A stretch of DNA of 63,450 nucleotides from Octopus bimaculoides (Eukaryota): contig NC_068984.1 of the NCBI RefSeq assembly GCF_001194135.2, positions 65,195,563-65,259,012 of the forward strand, written 5' to 3'. Each line of letters starts with the position of its first letter. Position 1 is the stretch's first letter. The position numbers and the translations under genes are program-made. Shown in pieces: positions 53,150-63,450 of this stretch. Below the pieces are notes generated by a model, which saw nothing but the letters and a program-made list of their open reading frames with translations, was not told where the DNA came from and did no database searches.

Positions 53150-53700
53150 TAGTGACAGCGGCAAAGAATGTGCAGGAAAGGAGTTGCACTGAGTTAATGC
53201 CTTGGATGGAAGGACTGCATATATTGTTGAATGTAAACCTGAGAGACATAAAAGAGACTGGTGAATTAAGTGCCTGGATAATGGTGGCAGTGTGGGACCT
53301 GTCAACTGCAGAGGCCACTCTAGTAATGTAGAAAAGGCAGGGAGATGAGATAATTAGAGTTTGGAGTATGTCAGTGAGTGACTTCATGCCAATTAACTGA
53401 ATAACCTTTTAGGATACTTACATGTGTAGCAGCAGTATCACTGTCCCAAATATGGGACCAATACTTCATAGTGAGTTCCACCTGAGCATAATAGAGGATC
53501 AGAAGTTGTTCAGGAATTATTTTGGGAATTTGAAGAGGAAGGCCAGACTTCGTGATTTTGTTTTCTTTTTATATATTGAAGATTTTGTTAGGTGTGTTCA
53601 TAAGGTGAAATTCTTCGTGGTGGCCAAGTCTAGTATGTGTAGTGAACTTGAATGTTCTAGGAGTATTTCGATTGTACTTAGAGAGGATGCAGTGTGATGA
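53150..53700 (-). mobile_element. CR1/L2-type LINE remnant (RT C-terminal region)
   Basis: 53520-53401 reads IIPEQLLILYYAQVELTMKYWSHIWDSDTAATHVSIL, then SLTDILQTL...CLFY in another frame; matches CR1-clade QLL.LYKAQ.RP.MEYCSHIW...SLT..LQ.L...CLFY. Confidence 0.75.
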
Positions 53701-56700
53701 CAGTTGCTTTATATGTACAGTGACCATCACCACTCCAATGCCCACTACTATATTGATGATATCTCAGTAAAAAAATACTTTCTGTTCAATGGATCAGAGC
53801 AGATTTAGTATAATGAATCTAGGATATATGTGGATGATGCTTGAATGCAAACAATTATGGAAGAAGGGAGCATAGTATTATCTGTATAGTATTGGATATT
53901 AAAGGAGATGACACAGAGGAACATCTGAGGTGCTAGTGTAAAACAAATTGAGCTCAATTGCCAAACACTGCAAGGATACAATCTAAGAAGAAATAACAGG
54001 CTCAAGAGACAGGAGAATAATGGAGCCAATGTATGTAAAGTTTTGCCAAGAGATTTTTATCTGATACATCCAACTTATTAATACATTTATATACATCGCA
54101 CACACACACACACACACACAGTTTCCATTCACCAAATTTCACTTGTGACACTTTGCCCAAACAAGGCTTAATAGATGTTTTAAAATATAGTAGGTTCAGA
54201 CCAAACCCATGTACTTCTGAGAAAACTTGATAATAACATAACCCTGATTAATGAGGGTTTTTAATAAATATTATCTATTTCTTTGGCAAAAGAAATGCTT
54301 CTCAAAAAATAACTATTTCAATAAATATTGATATTAGGTAAGAATAAGTTTCACAAATAATATTCTAGTATATCAATCTACATTGATGAAAAATTTTGCT
54401 GTATAATATGTGAATCATTTGTGCACCATGTTCAATCTCATCAAGTAATATCACTAAATTTTAGCATTCAACATCGAATGTTAATAACTGATCTTAGGTG
54501 AAAATAAAGGGAGTGAATGAATGAACAATTATCAAAAACTTTAAATTTTGTTTTGTTTTAATCATGTGTGCCTAATATTCATAAACAAAATTTGGATAGA
54601 ACCCTGGATGAATTTAAAATTGATGCAAGATTATCCAACCAAAGTACCACACAAAATTCATACACATCCATATGTATTTTTATATGCCTTCATAGTATAC
54701 GTGTGGAATGATAAAATGTTTTTCAAATTGGTTGAGTAATATGGTTATAAAATAGCTAGAAACATTTCTAACTAATTTAATAGTGAGACACAATCTAGTG
54801 GCATGTTTAAATAATTTGGCGAAGACAGTGTACTATATCACAGTTATAAACCAGGGTATTAGACTTCAAGAAGTAGGCTACTAAAATTGTTTCCCTGTAA
54901 GTGACACATAATGCTAGGTAATATTACTCAATTTACAAAAGTGCCAATCTAGTGATTGCATAGTAGATTCATAATAAGATGTTATCTTCTCTTAACAAAA
55001 GAACAGCTGAATGAGGTATACTTGATAATCATCTGAAACATGTTGATGGATTCAAATATGTGATAGTGATTGAGAAGGAATGAACAGAGTATTACCAGTT
55101 GAATGTGCAATGTTTATACACAAACAAAAGCTGAATATCAGTTGGTAATGTGGCTGAACCTGAATAGTACTGATCAATGCATGTTGGTGTGAACTTTTAA
55201 GTATACATGGACATGATGTGATATTTGAAAAACATCCATGAGTTGATAGATTTCTAAAGGAAGATTTGGGCAAATTGTTAGGTTTCACAAATAAGTTGAC
55301 CAAGGATAAAGGTGCAGGGAGAAATAAACTGTTCACTGCATCAAAGTAAAACACATACTGTAAAAATTATAGATAGTAAGGGGATATTAATGGCTATTAT
55401 GAGTGTGCTGATGGTAACTATGATGAGGATATATAGCAGTAATATTTGATTAAGCCAAGCTTTTAACATAGCCTTTCAAACAAAATGTGCCACAATTATG
55501 AGTAAATTTGCATTAATCTGTCTTAGGAAATATAATTATCAAATGAGCTAATTATAAAACTCACCATCAACTCATTATATTATCAATGTGAAACTTGGTA
55601 GTAATAAAAGCAAAATTCTCACATTAAATATATGAATGATTAAATGAAATTTAGATGAACATTAGATACTGCCTTTCTACTAGATGCCAAGTATTGCAAG
55701 GATTTTTTTATAAAACATGCATGCATATTTCTTGCCAAAAATATGTAAATAAATAATTCAATATGGAATAGAAATTAAAAACTCCATAGTCCAATATCAA
55801 TTAATTTGTTTATATAACATCTTATTTTAAGTTTATTTATTTCATGCCACTTTTAAATAACTGTCTTTTGATTTTCTATTTTCTTTTCAGTTCTTTTTAT
55901 ATGGCCATTGTCTTCACCTTAATTGCTGCCTTGCACCCATCCATAGTGACTATGAATGGCTGATCTTAGTTTAAACATGTGCCATTAATTAAGCCATGAA
56001 ATATTGTCTTCAATTTAGGGAAAAATAAGATAGGAGGGAAAGGAGATAGACGTGTATGGAATTCAAAGAATGGGTGGTTTGATTGGAAAACTAACATAAA
56101 TGTGCAAGTCAAACATTGGTTACCATAAAGAAATTAATGAACAAGTATAAACTTGACCCATGTTTGACACCCATATAATTTAATCACTTCTGTGTTTAGC
56201 AGTATGAATAAGCACGATTAAATGTGATCAATTAAAAAACAAAAAAAGAACAGTTTACAAAAACCATCAAATTCAAAACAGATTTGTTGACATGGCTGCT
56301 TCATTCGACTAACTTTGTGAAGAACTATATGATTTTTATGAAATCCTTCAAAAAAATTCTTTTCTTTGTTTCCAAACTTTAATTCATAAGAATTACTTTA
56401 CAAAGGACCACTTGCTCAAGAAAAATTTGTTTGTTATCCAAAATAAATGCCAACAAAGCTAAATTCCATCTAACTATATTACTGGCCTTCAAAATCTTAC
56501 CTTAGTAACAAATAAGTATTGACAAATCCTGCATTATGCAATTTAGAAAACGTTAATTTTTATAAAAGTAATTTCATAAACTGATTAAGAATATCAAAAG
56601 AAATCACTCCAACTCTAAGTAAAATTTAAGTTATTAGGAGCCTTTCAGGCTGTGATGGGCCAATAGCATTATTCAGACCTTAACAATAAGTCAGTAATTG

Positions 56701-58290
56701 GTTAACTTATTAGTTATCTAATTCTTCTTGAATCATGAAGTGAAATAGGGTTGACTAAATTGCTGTATTTCTCTCTAAATCAGAAATAGATCAAGAGTTT
56801 AGGGCAACCAAGCATTTATCTAAGATTCTCTTCTGCCTCATTAGCTATACATGTAAGTATAAAAGAATGTTCATGTGTGTGTTACTGGATAATACTACTA
56901 TTTCCCAATTTTACAAGTTTTTAATGTTTGAATGGATTTTATTGCACCAAAATGTGTTTGTATGTGCAATTATAACAAATATTTTACAAAACAAACTAAT
57001 GCTTATAACATTGCTTTATATTTTACACACACATGCAGGCACTAAGATGTATGTAAATTACTTTAAGAAGCCTTCAGCTTCTATTCATAAAAATAGTTAC
57101 AATGATCACTTGAAAAAATAGTTGTACTTATGCCTCCTATATGACATGAAGGCTATCATTTTATGAATCTATCTTTTCAAATTAGCATTATATATCGCTG
57201 TATCAGAATTCTTATTCATTTCAATAAATTAAATGCCAACTCATAAACATGTGAAAAATCGATAAACTTCAAACTTAATGAAATGTTTTTATCAATATTT
57301 GAGTTATAAATCTGAGAATATTTCACTAGAAGTGCAAGATATATCAAGAAATAGAGAAATATTGAGAGTATAAACACAATATAAAAAGTATAAAATCCAG
57401 ACCTCTTTTCAAAGTCATATGAAATTATGAAATCCTGTACATATAAGATTTATAGTATTAACTAACATTCAAATTACTTTCAAGCTGAATAAAATATTTT
57501 AAAAAAATATATAGTTTATTTCTTTTTAAAGCAAAGTGATGATTTAATGGATATTTAAATATTCTTTGCATTATTATATTTGTGACAAAATGAGAATTTT
57601 TATTCCACGGGACAGTGTAAATCTTTTGAGTCACACATATATCAATAATATTTCATTTCCATAAAAAGGCATAAAATATTATTCCCTTATATGGAGGATA
57701 TTATTAAATAGAAAATCTCTTAAACACTTTAAAGTGAAAAAAGTATGCAGGATGAAAAGGAAGAAAACATTGCAGCTATCTAAAAAGAAATTTTAATTTT
57801 ATCCTTACATGATACTATAAAATTATGAAGTTACTTTATAATGCACCAATATATTATTTAGTATTTAGATAATCCTATAAACTGTATGTGTATAATATAT
57901 AAACGTCTTTCCTTAGCAATCTTTACGGAATGGCAATGGCAGTACATAGTTATACTCATCTCAGGCTAGCACAAAAACTTGGACAATGACATTTGATATA
58001 TGACTATAGGAATGAATAAATGTTTATAAAGGAATTTGAGTAAATACTGTCACTGTGTTAATACATAATGTGAATATATTGACATTCACTTTAATGTATG
58101 TAAATATCAATCAGCTATGTTAGTAGGTTTCTTGGTAGATACACTGCTATGTTGAAATGTACAGATTTATATTTCCATGGAAAGTAGGTATGTAATATAC
58201 ATAAATGTGAGATTATTGTACAGAGAAACCATTTTTGTTTTAAACAAATGACATCTGAGAACAAGTTCATTATACACTAAATGTAATATG

Positions 58291-58627
58291 AAGGTGAATG
58301 GCTCAATGGTTAGAACGTCAGGCTCACAATCATGAGGTAGTGAGTTCAATTCTTAAACCAGGTTGTGTGTTGTGTCTTTGAGCATGACATTTTATTTCAT
58401 GTTGCTCCCGTTTACTCAGCTGAATAAATAAGTTACAATGTCACTAGTACCAAGTTGTATCAGCCATTGTCTTTCCCTTAGATAATGTCGGTGGCATGGA
58501 AAAGGGAGGCTGGTATTCATTGGCAACTGCTGGTCTTTTATAAAACAACCTTGCCTGGACTTGTGCCTTGGAGGGGAACTTTCTAGGTGCAATCCCATGG
58601 TTATTCATGACCAAAGGAGGTCTTTAC
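58291..58627 (+). mobile_element. tRNA-derived SINE family D
   Basis: A-box TGGCTCAATGG, B-box-like GAGTTCAATTC, central GTGTCTTTGAGCATGACA...TTACTCAGCTG, tail GAACTTTCTAGGTGCAATCCCATGG. Confidence 0.85.
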
Positions 58628-58789
58628 TCTTTAATATGGAGAATCACAATGGCATAACCTGAAGTAGCATTTAAAGTTAGGTAGTTGAAATTTAGAGTTG
58701 CTGAAAGATTTTTATACATACACATACATATGTATGCATGCTTTTGCAGATAGATAGACACACACACACACACACACACACCTGTAAAA

Positions 58790-58912
58790 GGAGAGGAGAG
58801 GCTGTTATGCATAAGTAACTGCTGGTCTTCCATAAAACAACCTTGCTCACACTTGTGTCTTGGAGGGAAACTTTCTAGGTGCAATCCCATAGTCATTCAT
58901 GACTGAAAGGGG
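58790..58912 (+). mobile_element. Second, 5'-truncated family D tail
   Basis: AACTGCTGGTCTTCCATAAAACAACCTTGC...AACTTTCTAGGTGCAATCCCAT repeats 58505-58620. Confidence 0.85.
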
Positions 58913-61900
58913 GGGGGGGGAGAATTACAATGGCATAACCTGAAGTAGCATTTAGTAAGGTGTTCACAGGATTATGTGTTTATTGCAGACTTAGATATCC
59001 CCTTTTATGTTTATGACTGATCACTTATATGCTGACTTCACCAGTTATTAAAGATATTTTCAAAATGCACTTTCCATACACAGTTTTTCTATTAATTTTT
59101 ACGTTAATCAGATTTGATCTTGCAAATTTGTGGTATTAAATAATAAAAAAAAAATGAATGGCTAGGTACATTTTTTATTTCACTTGTGTTATTTGCCTCA
59201 ATGAAGTGGTTATGATTATGAATTTAGATATTCATATTTGTCTTGGCATAGATATTTTGACAATAGGCTGTATTTTCAAGAACTAGCAGCATACAACTTG
59301 TAATTATTCTCCAGCTAATCAGGTTGTAGGAAATAAGTAACATTGTTTGCTTAAGGTCAAAAATATAATGTCTGAGATGGCTTTTTAATGCAAAATGTAT
59401 GAAGAATAGCTACAGGCATATTAACAACTCTCCAAGACTATATTTATTACAATAGTAGCCTACAATAACCAACTACTAAATCATTAACTCTTTCATTTTA
59501 TAATCTTCTGTTCTACCTGATAAGATTATTGAAATTCTCATAATGTTACAGGAGCAGAAATGAGAAAATATTTTTTCACTCATGCATATTAAATAGCGAT
59601 ATATTTATAGAATTATATAAGCATAAATAACAAAAACCAACTATTATTTATTGAACTTACAGATTTTTAAAATTAGCTATCGGTTATATAGCTGGTGAGG
59701 AGAACAGCATCTAGAAACTTGTATTTAATGAAGTACTATTTTCAGTGGTATTTACTTGTAGCAGTAAAAACATTTAGTCTGGACATGTGATAAATACCAG
59801 TGTGTGAGTGTGTGTGTGTGTGTTTTCTCACTCTTTCTCACTTATTTGTTTACTTTACTTTCTTCACACACAGACACCAATTCATATACATACATTTCAG
59901 AAATATTTTTAGTTTCTTCTGTCTTTTACAAGTCCCACAAATATTGAGAATTTATGTAACTTTTTAAATTTTCTGCTGTATGATATCTAAACAAAATATT
60001 GATTTAGATTTTAATTGCTTCTAGAATTAATATTTATTTCATTCTAAAGTAGAAAAGAGACATAAACAGAAAAACTACATATTTCTTGTTAGTAAAATTG
60101 TTTTGGTATACACCAATGGCAAGTGATTGTAAATGTAGAAACCAAACCAATTTCCTTCTGTAAATACTTAATAATAATGATAATTATTTTTCACTAATGA
60201 TTTACCACCTGTTTTGCGTCCTCCAGGTCTTACATTACCTGCTTCATTGAATCCTTCTTTCCCAGACTCTGACCCTGTGGAATTCCATCCCTACACATGT
60301 TTTTACATGTAGCCAATAAAGCATTTTCATTTCTGGTATTGAATTTATTGCATAAAAATGACTTCATTTATCAATTCAATTTTTTATTTAACATGCCCAT
60401 TTTTACTCTTCTTATAGACTAGGTCTACTTCACTTCAAATGTTCCTGTATTAGGCCAGTACTAACAAACACCAGCAATGGCATGTGTGTTTGTTATTTCT
60501 GCATTCATTTATGAGTATTTATTCTTTAATAGCATTTCAGACAAATTGAGGGATAGACTTCACATCTCCTAACAGTTTCATATATCTCCCTTTTAGAAAA
60601 TATTTATCACTCTACTATTTCTCTAACATATTTACTCTGTCCATAAAACTAAATGCATTTCTACAAGTATTTTAGGTTTTTTAAATCATATAAAATTGGA
60701 AGCAACTTATGAAAGTATTTAAAAGGAAGAAGGAATATATTTTTCATATTGCTTTTAGTGAGTGTCAGCTCTCACTGGTTGAAAATATGTTAACTGATTT
60801 CCAAAGTGAACACATGTACATATTTTAGTGTTACATGTATTTTTGTATATGTATTCATGTATACTAATCATTGTGACAACAGTAAGCAATTTGTAAGAGA
60901 GAGAGAGAGTGTGTGTGTGTGTATGTGTGTGTTTGCATGCGCCTGTGTGTACATACATAAACATGCATATAAATAATACCTACACACACATGTTTAAACA
61001 TGCATAAAACCAACATTATTTATAACTTTGAAATGTGTCACTTGAAGAACTGAATTCATCATTTCAAAAACCTAACACAAACAAATAATCTGCATCAAAT
61101 AAGTCATTCCTTATTTAGAGAGAATATTTTCCTATCTACTTTAGAGTAATTACTTTGAAACAGAATGGTAATCAGATAAATGGCATAGTCGAAAATGCTA
61201 ATCTCAATAAACACTAAGATATTACTGATGCTAAATAAATAAGAAAATTTTTTTTATAAGTGTCTGCATGGGAAAATCCCCTTTTTACATTTGTGTATGT
61301 GCATATGTGCAAGAGCATGCATACATATATGGAAGTGTGTGTTTGTTATTTGTGCATGTATTTATGAGTATTTATTCTTAGCAATATTTTTAAGAAATTT
61401 AAAGATAGATGCTAACAAAATGCTGATGTTCACATACAAAGTACAAACTCACAAATCCAATTTTAACCAATTTCTTAAAACATATATCTAATATAGCATT
61501 AAGATACCCATAATTCTTTATCTGATTAATATTAGTAATTCTGCTACATATACAAAAATATATTTAAATCAATCTAAGAGGTTACACTTGTGCACTTGAG
61601 TTAGATGTTGATCTTTTCAATAGAGTGAAGTAATAGCCTTCATATGTGAAATATTTATTCCAGACTACCTTGCAAACAGAATAGGTGCTAGTCTCCTTGC
61701 TAGAAACAGCATTATTATATTGTTGCTAAGCAGCTTCAAGTACTTGCATTCATATATATGAATTCATCTAAAATGTATGTGCTTCATAAGTGGGGTTAAA
61801 TGTAGAAATTTTAAAATGTTTGTTGAAACAATATCTGAAATTTTGTCATCCATTCAGAGTGAGAATACATAATTTTTTGTTATAGAATACAAAACCTAAT

Positions 61901-63450
61901 TTATTTCTCAGTCAATGATTGAGATAATTATGGGTATTAATGAGAATTATAGCCAATTATAACAGCTGTAAATTCTGCAATTATTTCTGAGATTTTCTCA
62001 TCTGCACTTTCAAAAGAAAATATGAGTTTTAATGTATCATTCTCCATTAGTCTATTATAAACATTATAATATGATTATTTTTGTTACATTTTGGTATCCC
62101 TATCCTGATCTTGCACTCATATGAATCTGTCAATGATGCGATTTAGATGCATTATGTGGTGACAAGTGCAGAAGTTGTTTACCAGGCCCTTCCCCATGAA
62201 CCTAGCTGTTCAATGACCAGACTTGTGATCTCAGAAGAAAATACATGCTGGCAAACTAACTGATTGGAAATGATAACAGATGCTGCAGAGCTTACATAAC
62301 AAACTCTTCTAGATGCATAAAATACAGTAAGTTTTATGTAGTTAGTACTATTGTCCAAATACTCACACACACATACATACATTCTCTAGAAAACATGAAT
62401 ATAGCATATTCTCTTGAAAGACATTTCAATAACTAGAAGAATACAGAAGATACAGTTTCTATGAAAGTCTTACATAATAATGTTTCAAACTTATATATCA
62501 AATTTGCTAGATATCTGCAATCAATTACCATAAGCATCTCACCTGTCCTCAGTTTATTGCATCATTAGGTTCTGCTATACTGGGATTCTCAAGATATGAC
62601 AATGGTGTTGGAATTGTTACAGAGTTACGGTTTACTTTTAATTTCAATATGTCCAGTTCAAACTAAGTACTTTTTGAAACCATAATTTGGAAAATGGATT
62701 TTTCCAATTTTACATTGTTATGTGACTTTCATAATATTTGTGCATTTATACAGAAATAACATTACCCCAAGTAAACCCCCACATCTATGAATAATTGCTT
62801 AGCTATATATATATATATATATCTGTATATATTGCTTTTGTATTTGGCTTGCAAGATTCTTTATGTAAATGTGTATGTTGAAGCATATTTTATTGTGTCT
62901 GGGATGAGTCATTCAGTTTTTATGCTTTATTAATTAACACACTTGGCAGTTCAATTTCCACTCATTTACTTATTTATTTTTTCTAAAACTTTCATTGCTC
63001 TGTCTGTTATCGGAGGTGTGTTCTTTTTGTCTATTTGTTTGTGCACATGTGTGTGTATGTATGTGTGTGTATGCATATATATATATATGTGTGTGTATAT
63101 ACTATAATTATCAGTCAAAACTGTGAAACTATGACAAATTGGCTACACCCTGGCAAACTTTATAAACAGAGATAATTTTACCCCCCACCACCATAAGTTT
63201 TTTGTGACAGTTTTTCTGTGAGACAAAGTTGTTCAATTGGATTCTGGAAGTTATGATTACCTGTTTAGTTTATGCACTTTGTGCTTTGTGTTAGGCATTT
63301 ATGGATTTATTTTATGCTCCAGGAATTCGCCAAAACTTTTGTCAAATTTTAAATAATTTCTGTGTCACATGGTGTAGCAGCATTTGCTGTTTGTTTGTGT
63401 TTATATTTGTTTGTATGCAGGCTATTAACAATATTTTACAAAAATTCATG

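Noticed and set aside
58291-58370. tRNA-like A and B boxes (also 8192, 20153)
   Set aside because: SINE heads continuing into SINE bodies; no cloverleaf acceptor stem.
1-63450. CRISPR array, operon, rRNA or prokaryotic defence system
   Set aside because: No regularly spaced repeats with unique spacers, no gene-dense region; sequence is intron-like eukaryotic DNA.

Overview
AT-rich, microsatellite-dense animal genomic DNA with four assembly gaps (698-1614, 7319-7328, 20761-20770, 23608-23617). The SINE families and the abundant TA/CA/GA/GATA repeats look like a coleoid cephalopod, probably Octopus (inference from pattern recognition, not a search). The only host coding sequence I can support is one 181-bp minus-strand exon (41126-41306) with clean splice signals, encoding the N-terminal half of a CUB domain most like suppressor-of-lurcher (SOL-1)-type proteins; the rest is therefore probably very large introns. 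Mobile elements: a full-length decayed mariner, a mariner deletion derivative, two TA-targeting MITEs, a hAT/Charlie-like element with an intact 8-bp TSD, a Helitron-like element with a telomere-like (TTAGGG) array, CR1/L2-type LINE remnants and many copies of about four SINE families. The most unusual structure is a 287-bp near-perfect foldback (26149-26435) bounded by TTAA, with a hammerhead-core-like motif next to its loop. Nearly all ORFs in the supplied track are microsatellite or gap artefacts. All alignments and counts were done by eye.
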